Shown here: piece by piece, positions 29,953-39,628 of the stretch
How the letters are laid out: every line of letters starts with the position of its first letter
Numbering within the stretch: position 1 is the first letter of the stretch
DNA from: Candidatus Levyibacteriota bacterium
GTDB lineage: Bacteria > Patescibacteriota > Microgenomatia > Levybacterales > UBA12049
Length of the DNA stretch: 64,000 nt
Direction: 5' to 3'
Assembly: GCA_016214555.1 (NCBI GenBank)
Contig: JACROF010000003.1
Location: forward strand, 64,930 to 128,929
Made by a program: the position numbers and the translations under genes
The notes under the pieces: model-generated
What the model was told of the DNA's origin: nothing
The model's database searches: none
Seen by the model: only the letters and a program-made list of their open reading frames with translations

Positions 29953-30987
29953 CTATCTCTTGGCAATACTTCTTTTGTATAGTTCTATATTCTCCATAGC
30001 AACCCCAGTCCCCTTAACAACACAAAGGAGCGCATCTTCTGCAACGTGACAAGGAACTCCAGTCATCTGTGTCATGAGCGAATTAAAGTTAGTCAAAAGT
30101 GACGTCCCGCCAGACATGACAATACCTTTATCAATAATATCGCTTGCTAACTCCGGAGGACATTGTTCCAAAACTTCCTTTGCACCTCCAATGATGTCCA
30201 GGAGAACGGGTTTAATTGCTTCATTGATCTGTATCTCATCCAACTCGACTGATCGTGGAAGTCCAGTAATATTATCCCGTCCTCTGATCTCCATCTTCTT
30301 TGTATCTGAGCCTTTTTTCTTTTCAGTGTCTACCATAGCATTACCAAGCTCAATTTTTATATGCTCTGCCGTTGTCTCCCCAACTAAAAGATTAAATTTC
30401 TTTCTAATATAAGCTGCTATTGCCTCGTCGATCTTATTGCCAGCAACGCGAATTGAGCTATGAACAACCACGCCACCAAGAGAAATAACTGCTGACTCGG
30501 TAGAACCGCCACCAATATTGACAATCATATGCCCCGCAGGCTGAGCAATAGGAATTTTTGCACCTATTGCTGCTGCCAATGGCTCATCAATAAGATAAGC
30601 TATTTTTGCTCCAGCAGACATCGCAGCATCCAGCACTGCTCTTCTCTCAACTTGAGTAACACCCGATGGTATACAGACCATCACCTCAGGTTTAAAAAAA
30701 CGAGACTGCCCACATGCTTTATCGATAAAATAAGAAAGCATCGCTTCTGTAATCGTATAGTCAGCAATTACACCGTCACGAAGAGGTCGAAGTGCCATGA
30801 CATTTCCAGGAGTTCGTCCAAGCATATCTTTTGCCTCTTTACCAACAGCAACAACACGATTTTCCTCAACAGTCACAGCAACAACGGTTGGTTCGTTAAG
30901 AACAATTCCCTCGCCGACTAGATAAACAAGCGTATTAGCCGTACCCAAGTCTATGCCGATTCTTTTTGATGTGGGAATAGTAAACAT
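29953..30987 (-). CDS. mreB: Rod shape-determining protein MreB/Mbl
   Basis: IGIDLGTANTLVY, RPLRDGVIAD, TQVERRAV and EPLAAAIGA; ATG at 30987. Confidence 0.95.
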   Translation of the reverse strand: MFTIPTSKRIGIDLGTANTLVYLVGEGIVLNEPTVVAVTVEENRVVAVGKEAKDMLGRTPGNVMALRPLRDGVIADYTITEAMLSYFIDKACGQSRFFKPEVMVCIPSGVTQVERRAVLDAAMSAGAKIAYLIDEPLAAAIGAKIPIAQPAGHMIVNIGGGSTESAVISLGGVVVHSSIRVAGNKIDEAIAAYIRKKFNLLVGETTAEHIKIELGNAMVDTEKKKGSDTKKMEIRGRDNITGLPRSVELDEIQINEAIKPVLLDIIGGAKEVLEQCPPELASDIIDKGIVMSGGTSLLTNFNSLMTQMTGVPCHVAEDALLCVVKGTGVAMENIELYKRSIAKR

Positions 30988-30988
30988 A

Positions 30989-31065
30989 ATACTAGTATTT
31001 AGTAGATGGTATCTCGTATTTAGCAAGCTTTTCTTAATACCATATACAAAATACTAAATACTAGA
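30989..31065. repeat. Inverted 7-nt repeat arrays upstream of mreB
   Basis: tagtatt-tagtaga-tggtatc-tcgtatt followed by aatacca-tatacaa-aatacta-aatacta. Confidence 0.7.
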
Positions 31066-31176
31066 CTTTAAAGCAAGAGGAACTCTATCATAATCTATAC
31101 TTACTAGATCATTATTCTCTTTAACAAGGGTTGCTTGCCTTGCAAGTCCTATTTTGACTGGAGTATAATAAAATCT

Positions 31177-32403
31177 ATGAGAAATCCTCGCGGAAATATT
31201 TTTATATCCCTTATTATTCTTATATTTTTACTCCTAGGCACAACTCTGGTGATCCTCTATGCAAGAGGTTATCGTTTTAATCTTTTACAGGGTAAGCCTA
31301 ACATATCCAAAACAGGCCTTCTGGTAACCACAAGCATCCCTGACGGCGCACAGGTAATCATCAATGGTAATCTCACTACAGCTACAGACAACACGCTTGA
31401 CCTTCTCCCTGGAGAATATGACGTAAAAATAGTTAAAGATGGCTATTTCCCTTGGGAAAAAAAGCTCAAAGTCCAAAAAGAGCTTGTTACCAAAGCAGAC
31501 GCACTTTTGTACCCAATTGCTCCCAAGCTTGAAAGCATCACTACAGCAGGCGTTAAAGAACCAGTCATTGACCCATCTCAAACAAAAATTGCCTTCAAGG
31601 TTGCTTCTCAGTCAGCCTTAAAAAACGGCATTTATGTTTATGACATGAATGCACGAGTCGTGCTCTCTCTCCAAACGGCAGCAAAGCAGATAGCCAATGA
31701 CACGGCTGCTCTTTTTTCGACTGCAAGCCTCGCATGGACTCCAGATGGCGAACAAATCATCGCTACAATAAAAAACGCTACAAACACTACTACCTACCTT
31801 CTCTCTGCAAATCAACTCAATACCCAACCTCGAAATATTACAGCAACACTCCCGGCATTCCAGGCACAATGGACTCAAGACAAAGAAGAAAAAGCAGCTG
31901 CTCAAGTTGTGGGTCTTAAATCATCCTTGAGGAAATTAATCAGAGAAAACTTCTCTATCGTCTCATGGTCTCCTGATGACACCAAAATACTTTATATAGC
32001 TTCACAATCTGCCTCACTCCCTCTTACTATCAAACCTCGCCTCTTGGGTATTGATACGGCAAGAGAGGTAAGAGATATCCAAAAAGGAGGCCTCTATGTA
32101 TACGATATCAAAGAAGATCGTAATACCAAAATAATGGATCAAATACCATCAGAATGTAGTGATAATTTTACCCTATGCAAGCTTCCTATCTCATGGTTTA
32201 CCGATAGCGAGCATCTTCTATCAGTAAAAAATAGACAGATTCATATGCTTGAATATGACGGAACAAATGACACTGTTATTTACGCCGGACCGTTTATTGA
32301 TAGTTATGTTTTTCCATGGCCAAATGGACAAAAAATCGTCATGCTCACAGACCTCAACAATACAACAATCCTCCCCAACCTCTACACAATCAGCCTCAAA
32401 TAA
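31177..32403 (+). CDS. PEGA-domain membrane protein with beta-propeller-like C-terminus
   Basis: TM, YARGYR, TG.L...S.PDGA.V.ING, LLPGEY.V.I.KDGY..W; WTPDG/WSPDD repeats. ATG 31177 follows TATAAT. Confidence 0.85.
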   Translation: MRNPRGNIFISLIILIFLLLGTTLVILYARGYRFNLLQGKPNISKTGLLVTTSIPDGAQVIINGNLTTATDNTLDLLPGEYDVKIVKDGYFPWEKKLKVQKELVTKADALLYPIAPKLESITTAGVKEPVIDPSQTKIAFKVASQSALKNGIYVYDMNARVVLSLQTAAKQIANDTAALFSTASLAWTPDGEQIIATIKNATNTTTYLLSANQLNTQPRNITATLPAFQAQWTQDKEEKAAAQVVGLKSSLRKLIRENFSIVSWSPDDTKILYIASQSASLPLTIKPRLLGIDTAREVRDIQKGGLYVYDIKEDRNTKIMDQIPSECSDNFTLCKLPISWFTDSEHLLSVKNRQIHMLEYDGTNDTVIYAGPFIDSYVFPWPNGQKIVMLTDLNNTTILPNLYTISLK

Positions 32404-32410
32404 TATTCTA

Positions 32411-32489
32411 TGCTATAATTACCCGGTAGCGTCAGCCTCAAAAGGCAACGCAATCGGCTCTTTCACATCCAAAAAGAAAGGAAACCCAA
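32411..32489 (+). promoter_or_regulatory. Orphan-cassette leader: extended -10, hairpin, boxA-like element, SD
   Basis: TGCTATAAT at 32411; gcgt..gcct/aggc..acgc hairpin; GGCTCTTTCACA at 32456-32467; AAAGGA. Confidence 0.6.
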
Positions 32490-32732
32490 ATGAACGACAT
32501 TGGTTCAGCAGTTGTAGTCATCCTTGGCACTCTGGCAGGAGCGGGAATGGCACTGTCTGGATTTATTCCTGCCCTCTCATATTTATTGGCCAGATCCACA
32601 CCTCATTTCGATATAACACAAAAAAGAAATAGGCTCACCCTACAACTCAGACCTTATGCGTTTCGCATTTTCTTGGCATCAGTGGCCATCGGGATCGTCG
32701 GAGCTATAGTTGAGTTTTTGACAGGAGGCTGA
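32490..32732 (+). CDS. Small 2-TM hypothetical protein
   Basis: SD plus two hydrophobic segments. Confidence 0.65.
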   Translation: MNDIGSAVVVILGTLAGAGMALSGFIPALSYLLARSTPHFDITQKRNRLTLQLRPYAFRIFLASVAIGIVGAIVEFLTGG

Positions 32733-32733
32733 A

Positions 32734-32934
32734 ATGGACAGCAAATACGATCTCGATATTCTCTTGTCGCCGCAGTATTTCGACGATGAGGATGCCTATC
32801 TAGGAGATCCTCTCGCGTACATAATCCTGTACAGGATACTTCAGCTCACTAGGCTTGTCTGGTTCTGTCTTCTTTTGCCTATCAAACTTGTCAATGGTAT
32901 TTCTAACACCTATGACAAGATGGTCAAAAGATGA
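32734..32934 (+). CDS. Small hypothetical protein
   Basis: SD AGGAGG; abuts both neighbours. Confidence 0.6.
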   Translation: MDSKYDLDILLSPQYFDDEDAYLGDPLAYIILYRILQLTRLVWFCLLLPIKLVNGISNTYDKMVKR

Positions 32935-33203
32935 ACCACCCTGTTGAGCTCAATTTTGAGAGAGTTCTCCCGCTCTTTATCGTCCTTTTTGTACTTGAGA
33001 TCGAAAGCTTCACATGGGCATGTATGTCCATAAGCTCTTTGAGGAAATCTCGAGTGAGTTCTCATCCTAAAAAAAGTGAGAAACTCAGACTCGAGTCAGA
33101 GAAGTATGAATTTTTCAGCGCATGCTGTATCTTTGGTCAGTTCCTTTTTGTAGGATGGTATCGCACCTTTTGGAATTTTCTTACTGGCTTGCTTGTCACT
33201 TGA
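32931..33203 (+). CDS. Small membrane hypothetical protein
   Basis: ATGA overlap with the upstream ORF. Confidence 0.55.
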   Translation: MNHPVELNFERVLPLFIVLFVLEIESFTWACMSISSLRKSRVSSHPKKSEKLRLESEKYEFFSACCIFGQFLFVGWYRTFWNFLTGLLVT

Positions 33204-33307
33204 TGAGCAAGCCTTTTTTATTCACCCAAATACAAATCTATATAATCTCTGTATAATTTTTGCATCAATAGACACACTTTGATACAATACACACCAAGAC
33301 GTCTTGC

Positions 33308-33850
33308 ATGGGCAATTCGTCGCTCGTTGATAAAGAAGTGAAGGAGAAAGTGATGGAATCTCTTGAAAAATTCTATCATACTCACGAAGTAACTCGTCAT
33401 GCTCAAATAGACAAATTATTTTGCTGGGTATTAAGCTTCGCGCTTGTACACTTTGGACTCTTTATGGCACTAGGTGCTCCTGAATACCTCGCAGTCTTTT
33501 CAGCTGGACTTATACCTTTCGCATGGACTATCTACTGGTTTGAGAAAAATAGACTAACTCCAGTAAACAAATCTATTCTCAAAGAATTTGAGAGCGTTGA
33601 AGAAATGAAACAAGACCCCTTATTCCGAACAATACCAACATTCAGCTGGCAAAGCATCGTCTTAGTATCGATTGCAGAAATCGTGTGCGGAGGGCTGATT
33701 GTCAGCCGCTTTCTGCCAAACGAAATTGTGTCACAAAGTGCTGGAGGAATCTTGCTTGGGGCAATTGTTGCAGCCATCCTCTGGCTTGGATCAAGCGTTC
33801 CTACCAAATCTCGAGATAGCTACGGCAGGGTAGTCTCTATCGCAGGCTAG
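33308..33850 (+). CDS. 4-TM hypothetical protein
   Basis: Four hydrophobic segments; followed by a terminator. Confidence 0.7.
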   Translation: MGNSSLVDKEVKEKVMESLEKFYHTHEVTRHAQIDKLFCWVLSFALVHFGLFMALGAPEYLAVFSAGLIPFAWTIYWFEKNRLTPVNKSILKEFESVEEMKQDPLFRTIPTFSWQSIVLVSIAEIVCGGLIVSRFLPNEIVSQSAGGILLGAIVAAILWLGSSVPTKSRDSYGRVVSIAG

Positions 33851-33877
33851 TTCTTCAATTTCTTTATCTGTTTTCAT

Positions 33878-33916
33878 ACCGCCTTAAAGGTTATTACCTA
33901 TAAGGCGGCTTTTTTT
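33878..33916 (+). terminator. Intrinsic terminator
   Basis: ccgcctta...taaggcgg plus T7. Confidence 0.75.
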
Positions 33917-34002
33917 GATCTTATTACTTCAATTTTGATACAATACACCCATCATCCTGCAAAAGCAGGATAGCACCTTGTCAGCAGTAGAGGGAGAAAG
34001 CA

Positions 34003-34362
34003 ATGATTCGATATGTTGCGAAAGTTGATCCTGAAGCCTACATACTCATGCTGTTTGCATCTTTCTATGGATGGAGCAAAATAGCACCAGAGCTCGCCTT
34101 CGATGCGCTTAACATATTTTGTCTGATGTTCATCGTGTTGATTGCCATCGGGCTTGGACTGAGTGTACTTCGCATGATTCTTTTCATGCCCATTGAAGAA
34201 CCAGATGTCATCGTGATCGACGACCTTGCCATTATGGTTGGGATTCGAAACGCTCTTCTGACTTTTGTTCTCATGGTAGCAACGGCAATTGTTGCTACTC
34301 ACGAAAGCGAAACGATTCGTCTTCTCGATCGGATTTTTTGGACTCTGCTTAGGCAGAAATAA
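34003..34362 (+). CDS. Membrane hypothetical protein
   Basis: Preceded by TGATACAAT, a hairpin, AGCACCTTGTCA and SD AGGGAG. Confidence 0.65.
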   Translation: MIRYVAKVDPEAYILMLFASFYGWSKIAPELAFDALNIFCLMFIVLIAIGLGLSVLRMILFMPIEEPDVIVIDDLAIMVGIRNALLTFVLMVATAIVATHESETIRLLDRIFWTLLRQK

Positions 34363-34378
34363 CAGGAAGGAAAGAGAC

Positions 34379-34522
34379 ATGTTCTCTCGAAAAGTCGTAG
34401 CCCTGGGAGTCGGAGCAATGGTGCTCCTGAGGGTCTTCCCATCGCTTCCTGAGGCAATCAGTAAACGTTTGCGTCGGATTGAACGACAAATCTCCTGGGC
34501 ATTTGACTCCGACCTCTACTAA
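34379..34522 (+). CDS. 47-aa small protein
   Basis: SD AAGGA, then MFSRKVVALGVGAMVLL...; followed by a terminator. Confidence 0.5.
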   Translation: MFSRKVVALGVGAMVLLRVFPSLPEAISKRLRRIERQISWAFDSDLY

Positions 34523-34534
34523 TACATCGACACG

Positions 34535-34563
34535 CCCCTCCCCCTACGGGGAGGGGATTTTTT
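34535..34563 (+). terminator. Intrinsic terminator
   Basis: cccctcccc-ctac-ggggagggg plus T-tract. Confidence 0.8.
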
Positions 34564-34652
34564 AACCTCAAATTAACCTCTATGCTATAATCCAAAGCAT
34601 CGAAGGATCATGCGATTCTTCTCTTGAACATTAACTACAAAAAGGAGACTGT

Positions 34653-34979
34653 ATGCCAGAAGGTCTAACGAGACTCAAAGCTCCTCGCGATCGAAATCTA
34701 GTAGTGCACAAGAATCTTCCTGAAGGGTTCATAGAACCATCTGGAACAGATGCACAAACCTATCGCGCGCTCGATGGCTATCGCTCAGCATTCAACGATG
34801 CTGAGGGGAAGCAAATGTATTTCTGCGATGACAAATGCAATGGATGGATTGAGGGATCGCCCAGTCGCATCCCTGAAAGCACCATGAGCCCACTTCATCC
34901 TTTGTCTGGCAGACAGGGAGAGTCTATCTGTTGCCGTCGATGCGGAGAGGAAATCGCCTTTGATGGATGGATTTCGTAG
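34653..34979 (+). CDS. Zn-ribbon-like orphan protein
   Basis: CDDKC.GW.E and CRRCG.EI; SD AAAGGAG. Confidence 0.7.
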   Translation: MPEGLTRLKAPRDRNLVVHKNLPEGFIEPSGTDAQTYRALDGYRSAFNDAEGKQMYFCDDKCNGWIEGSPSRIPESTMSPLHPLSGRQGESICCRRCGEEIAFDGWIS

Positions 34980-34999
34980 TCAATAGAGGAGGATTCCCC

Positions 35000-35266
35000 A
35001 TGGCTAAAAGAAAACATCAATTGCCTCCAGGCTATCGTCAAGTCGGGAATAACTCGGTCCTACCAGATCGAGGATCAGTCGAAACAGCTATCAAAACGGC
35101 CTACCTCTGTCCTGAGTGTGGATGGGTCGAAAAGCCACCAAAAGCTGCTCCTTTCAGATCTGGAAATCAAAGGTCTCAAGCGTTTGGGACTAGCTATGGC
35201 TGCGGAAATTGCGGCAAGGAAATTGGAACGCGTATTACTGGTGGGTCTTACTCACCAAAACAATAA
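35000..35266 (+). CDS. Zn-ribbon-like orphan protein (paralog of 34653-34979)
   Basis: CPECGWVE and CGNCGKEI; SD GAGGAGG before ATG 35000. Confidence 0.7.
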   Translation: MAKRKHQLPPGYRQVGNNSVLPDRGSVETAIKTAYLCPECGWVEKPPKAAPFRSGNQRSQAFGTSYGCGNCGKEIGTRITGGSYSPKQ

Positions 35267-35272
35267 CACCTC

Positions 35273-35306
35273 AACCGTGGCCTCATACAGAGGTCACGGT
35301 TTTTTA
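35273..35306 (+). terminator. Intrinsic terminator
   Basis: aaccgtggcctc...gaggtcacggtt plus T-tract. Confidence 0.75.
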
Positions 35307-36218
35307 TTGGGTCTCAGGCGTTGCAATAACAAATAACCTTTTCCATGTTGTGCCGGGCGGCCAGCAGGTCTGGAGGATAAGCTGCTCTTTCCCAGGAATC
35401 TGGCTATTTACTAACAAATCAACATCTTGGGGATCTTTGACAACGCTGTGGTCAACAACAAAATTGTATCTGGTATCTTCAAAATAAATGGAAATCTTGT
35501 CTCCTTTCTGAAGCTCTTTTAAGAGATAAAAGATTGCATTATACCTCCCCACATTCCAAAAATTATCTGTAGAGTGGGCAAAAAGATAGATATTCCCCTG
35601 CATCCCTGGGAACACACTCCCCTTGGCATGCGCAACACCATCTTGTAATTTTGGTAGAAAATCTTTTTCGCTTAAAGGATCGACGTTTGGCCATATCTTA
35701 GCAGCTGCGCCGATTTTAGGAATAATGATACTAAACCTGGGATCAGGCGGAACAAGCACCTGTTCTTTGGCGCCAGCAATGATATCACCAAACCCTGGCT
35801 GGATATTTTCTGCAGCAACTACTCCATTGCCAAAATTATCTTTTGAGATATTAAATTGCACGCCTCTTAGTTGCGCTATACGAAATTGCGCTTCGTACAA
35901 AATAGCAGGGCTAAAAGTTGCGATGACTCCATAAAGACTGATAAGCAGAAGAAAATTCCCAAGGCTTCGAATAGCCATATATCGCAATTTCTCATTACGT
36001 GTCATGACGTGCTTGTAAACAACTGACTTTGGTGGCTCTACAAAGACATGAGGAGGTTCTATCTGTGGAACAATAGTGTGGTGGTGAGGAGCCTCAACTT
36101 CTGGTAGATAAATACCCTCCCCACTCTTTTTTGAAGGGGCGACAAAAATATCACCATATTTGGCAAGGGATCTCTCTTTAGATTTTTTGGCAAACTCACT
36201 TCCTGAAGTATGCGACAT
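35304..36218 (-). CDS. Sortase-family protein
   Basis: I.IPKI, GVAH..G...PG..GN...FAHS and LQTCWPPGTT..R (His/Cys/Arg). Confidence 0.9.
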   Translation of the reverse strand: MSHTSGSEFAKKSKERSLAKYGDIFVAPSKKSGEGIYLPEVEAPHHHTIVPQIEPPHVFVEPPKSVVYKHVMTRNEKLRYMAIRSLGNFLLLISLYGVIATFSPAILYEAQFRIAQLRGVQFNISKDNFGNGVVAAENIQPGFGDIIAGAKEQVLVPPDPRFSIIIPKIGAAAKIWPNVDPLSEKDFLPKLQDGVAHAKGSVFPGMQGNIYLFAHSTDNFWNVGRYNAIFYLLKELQKGDKISIYFEDTRYNFVVDHSVVKDPQDVDLLVNSQIPGKEQLILQTCWPPGTTWKRLFVIATPETQ

Positions 36219-36326
36219 ACCAATATTGTAGAGGATTCTAGTAAAAATGTACTCAATAAAAAAGCGCCTTACCTTTCGGCTCGGCGCTGATTAGTGTATC
36301 GAAAAACTAACCTCTCGGCTTAACTT

Positions 36327-36728
36327 TTAAACTCGAGAACCGAGTTCGTCAGCAAGCCAATTGATAAGGTCGTAATTACTGAAAAAGATTAATGCGTTTG
36401 GGTAGCGTTTGAGCAAGCTCTCCAGCTCAGCCTTAATACTTTCCCAGCCTTTATTCCCTGCCTTAAAAGGCTCTAGATAAATGGCTGTTGAAGTCATATC
36501 CTGAGCGAAAGCACCAAAGGCACGAGCTATAAAGGACATTGCATCTGCAGTGGTCTCCCACTCGACGTTTGTCTCGATCATATAGACTTCAATGCCTTGA
36601 GCGTGATAATTCTGAAAAAGTCTTAAAAGGTCTACGCGTTTCATCAGGAGTTCATGGCGAATCTTGCTGCACAAGAACTTGCTTCCGAAAATACTAACGG
36701 AACGTTGGTTTCTTCGCGTAATCGACAT
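36327..36728 (-). CDS. Orphan hypothetical protein
   Basis: SD AAGGGAG before ATG 36728; own promoter TGCTACAAT and terminator at 36258-36288. Confidence 0.65.
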   Translation of the reverse strand: MSITRRNQRSVSIFGSKFLCSKIRHELLMKRVDLLRLFQNYHAQGIEVYMIETNVEWETTADAMSFIARAFGAFAQDMTSTAIYLEPFKAGNKGWESIKAELESLLKRYPNALIFFSNYDLINWLADELGSRV

Positions 36729-36875
36729 GTCAACTCCCTTGATGTGCTTGGCCAAATTGCCAGACTAGAAAAAATATTTCCACTCTGGCAAGGCCAAACA
36801 ATTCCAAACATTAATGTGCAATATGGCTAATTGTAGCAAAAAAACGGGGGAAAATCAAACTATAGGATCTACTTG

Positions 36876-36947
36876 TAGCCCCGAGGGGAATTGAACCTCT
36901 ATCTTGCCCTTAGGACGGGCCTGCTCTATCCGTTGAGCTACGGGGCC
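36876..36947 (-). tRNA. tRNA-Arg (CCT)
   Basis: GGCCCCGTAGCTCAACGGATAGAGCAGGCCCGTCCTAAGGGCAAGATAGAGGTTCAATTCCCCTCGGGGCTA; D-arm, anticodon CCT and T-loop GGTTCAATTCC; CCA not encoded. Confidence 0.93.
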
Positions 36948-37029
36948 ATATCAATATATATCAATACATAAAGAATGATAACAATGACTCTTAATCTATT
37001 TTAGCATAGCGTCGATACATCATGCTACG

Positions 37030-37063
37030 AAAAAGGCGGGTCCGAAGTTACATCGGACCCGCC
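37030..37063 (-). terminator. Intrinsic terminator
   Basis: ggcgggtccga...tcggacccgcc with T-tract on the minus strand. Confidence 0.8.
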
Positions 37064-37074
37064 AAAAAGAATCG

Positions 37075-37524
37075 TTAGGCTCCTTTGGTGGCTGGCGTAA
37101 AGACGACCGTATCGTCAGGACGCCAATCACCAAGTTGACCTGAAAACTGCTTTCTCAGAGACTCCATAAGAAGCCGGAGATTGCTGGCGTAAAGATCAAG
37201 GAAGTACTCCTCTTCATCGGTGTCATAGATCAAGACCACGACCGCATGATTGGATCTCCATTCAGGCCCTAACAGACAATCCTCTGACTCGAGGAGGTCC
37301 AGGTATGTTTTGTTTTCTGTGAAGCCAGCAAGGAGTTTGCCCAAAAATGACTTTGGCGCGGACAACCCCTCCTCAAACTTCATGAGAGCCGACATCATGT
37401 CACTGCTGATACTAACAGCCAAAGACTTGAGTGCGTCAAACTGCTCCTCTGTGAGACCAAGTCTGTCAGCTGGGCCGACATACTGGACAAAGCCGGAAAA
37501 AAGCTCCTCATCTCGAGTGTCCAT
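37075..37524 (-). CDS. Orphan hypothetical protein
   Basis: Preceded by TGTTATACT, TGCACCTTGTAA and SD AAAGGA. Confidence 0.7.
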   Translation of the reverse strand: MDTRDEELFSGFVQYVGPADRLGLTEEQFDALKSLAVSISSDMMSALMKFEEGLSAPKSFLGKLLAGFTENKTYLDLLESEDCLLGPEWRSNHAVVVLIYDTDEEEYFLDLYASNLRLLMESLRKQFSGQLGDWRPDDTVVFTPATKGA

Positions 37525-37617
37525 GAGGCTTTCCTTTCACTTTTTACAAGGTGCAAAACGATCGGAAACAAGTATAACACGAGAAATGAAGAATCGCAAA
37601 CTATAAGATGCTTATAG

Positions 37618-39060
37618 TTAGAAAGTAACCGATGCTGTATAAGTCATGATCTGCCAATAGTCTCCAGGAGGTGTCGCGCTGCCAGCTCGCGCTCCATAAA
37701 CAACATAAACCACGTCTCCTCCTGATGGTGATGGGGCTGAGGGATAATTGACAAGAGTGTAATAGAATTTTGCCGATGGATTAGCAAAGCTTGGAGTTGC
37801 CTGACCCCAAATAGTTGTATTAACTCTACTATTGGCATCACACGCAGTAATACCATACCCCCCTGTTGTACCACTAATAGTCGTAGGTGCTGGAGTATTA
37901 TTGGCAGTAACGTTACCCTGAGCATTCACGACGTACTGTCCTGAAGCAGGATTAAGCAAAAAACCCGATGAGGTTGCGGTAATCACATACCCAGAACCTG
38001 TATTGGACTGAAGCGTCATTCTTTGTGCTGCATAGGTATTTCCTGAGCTATTAATAGTCCCCAGATTAACATCTGTTGATGTAGAAGGAAAATTTACGTT
38101 TGCATTCAATGCCGACCCACCATTGTAGCTTCCACCACAGACGCTGACCATATTTGTACTCGCCATTCCATCAATATTAAAGCTAAATGTAGGATCAATA
38201 TGGGCAACGACAAAAACTGATTCTATTGTACCCATCTTAAGAGATGCTGTGTCCAAAACGCTTCCCCCCGAACTACTGTAGGTAGTAACCCCAATATTTT
38301 TAACATCAGCTGTGCCTCGTGCCCCACTGGAATTATGTGTTGGGTTAATAATCGTTGGGAGTTGTGTGGTGCATGTTGTTGCAGATGTGGCTGAACACCC
38401 AAGCCATATCCAGACAGTTGTACCTCCAGGAATACTGCCTCCTGATGTCGTGCAGGTAGCCTTTGGTGTCTGACCATTTGAGCCATTGGTCACACCTGTC
38501 AGAGCCCATGAACAAGTAGCAGCTCCTTGGCCTATTTTTTCTTTGATGTTTCCACTTGCAAGACCATTAAACATCCAGGTATTTGCTGAAGGAGAGGCCT
38601 GGACAGTATCCTGACCCGTGACAGATGATGAAGTTGGATATGAAATTTCAATTACTCCCCCTGATGGAATCGCTGATTGAGTCGTAAAAACGATCTGATG
38701 CATTGCTGTGATAGGCACTGCCAAAATTCCTGTTTTGTCATGCGCAGCAGTCGTACTTCCTGTAAAGTAGACTGTCAGCCTATCAGCAGAAGTCGTTGCG
38801 ACCTGGACATACTCCTGAGCTCCATTTCGAAAAAAGACAGCAGAGTCGGATGAAAGATAGGTCGATGAATTATCAATAACGGTTACATTTGCAGCGCTTG
38901 CTGAGTAGTCTGCTGAGAGAGGAGCAGAGGCTGAGGGTCTTGAGGTTGTAGCGCTTGCTGAGGCATTAGAGAGTGAGGCTGCAAGGGTCTTTTTTGGCAA
39001 AAATACTCCTAGGCAAATCAAGGCAAGTAAAAAAATACACGACCGAAATCTAACGGGCAT
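37618..39060 (-). CDS. Secreted WxL-like/fimbrial-like surface protein (paralog of 54547-55992)
   Basis: Signal peptide, Ser/Thr-rich, C-terminal TPPGDYWQIMTYTASVTF. Confidence 0.75.
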   Translation of the reverse strand: MPVRFRSCIFLLALICLGVFLPKKTLAASLSNASASATTSRPSASAPLSADYSASAANVTVIDNSSTYLSSDSAVFFRNGAQEYVQVATTSADRLTVYFTGSTTAAHDKTGILAVPITAMHQIVFTTQSAIPSGGVIEISYPTSSSVTGQDTVQASPSANTWMFNGLASGNIKEKIGQGAATCSWALTGVTNGSNGQTPKATCTTSGGSIPGGTTVWIWLGCSATSATTCTTQLPTIINPTHNSSGARGTADVKNIGVTTYSSSGGSVLDTASLKMGTIESVFVVAHIDPTFSFNIDGMASTNMVSVCGGSYNGGSALNANVNFPSTSTDVNLGTINSSGNTYAAQRMTLQSNTGSGYVITATSSGFLLNPASGQYVVNAQGNVTANNTPAPTTISGTTGGYGITACDANSRVNTTIWGQATPSFANPSAKFYYTLVNYPSAPSPSGGDVVYVVYGARAGSATPPGDYWQIMTYTASVTF

Positions 39061-39111
39061 AGTATTATACTATCCAAGAAGAGATGAGAAATTCAAGAGG
39101 CAACAAGGAGG

Positions 39112-39621
39112 TTATTTACTCTTACCCTGAGTAAAGTATTCATGAACTGTCGGATACTCGTGTAGTTCCTGCTCTGAGAACCAATGTGCTATCTCTTTTT
39201 CAGCATCCTGCGCGTCTCCTGATGCATGAACCAGATTTCCAACGCCAACTGTCTTTTCGTCTGCATGGGCAAAACTGATATGGGCGTAGTCTCCTCTAAT
39301 TGTTCCTGGAGCTGCAGCTTTTGGCTCAGTTGTACCAACCATTTTTCGAACAAGCGCTATAGCCTCTACTCCTTCAAGTACCATAGCAAGAACAGGTCCC
39401 TTTTGCATAAGATCCAAAACCATTTCAAATGCTTTTTGTCCTCGACGAGAAATCATCTGACCGATGCCTTCATAATGCTTGTGGTAATGTTCGTAGTCAG
39501 GCTGTACCAATTTTGCACCAACGATTTTAAGACCTGCTCTTTCAAAACGCGTAATAACTTCGCCAATTATTCCTCTTTGAATAGCGTCTGGTTTGAGAAT
39601 TACTAATGTTCGCTCGATCAT
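39112..39621 (-). CDS. ndk: Nucleoside diphosphate kinase
   Basis: ERTLVILKPDA.QRG, APGTIRGDY, NLVHASG; ATG 39621. Confidence 0.95.
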   Translation of the reverse strand: MIERTLVILKPDAIQRGIIGEVITRFERAGLKIVGAKLVQPDYEHYHKHYEGIGQMISRRGQKAFEMVLDLMQKGPVLAMVLEGVEAIALVRKMVGTTEPKAAAPGTIRGDYAHISFAHADEKTVGVGNLVHASGDAQDAEKEIAHWFSEQELHEYPTVHEYFTQGKSK

Positions 39622-39628
39622 ATAATTA

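Noticed and set aside
36876-36947. tRNA-Arg as integration site of an island
   Set aside because: No duplicated tRNA 3' end or adjacent integrase was seen.
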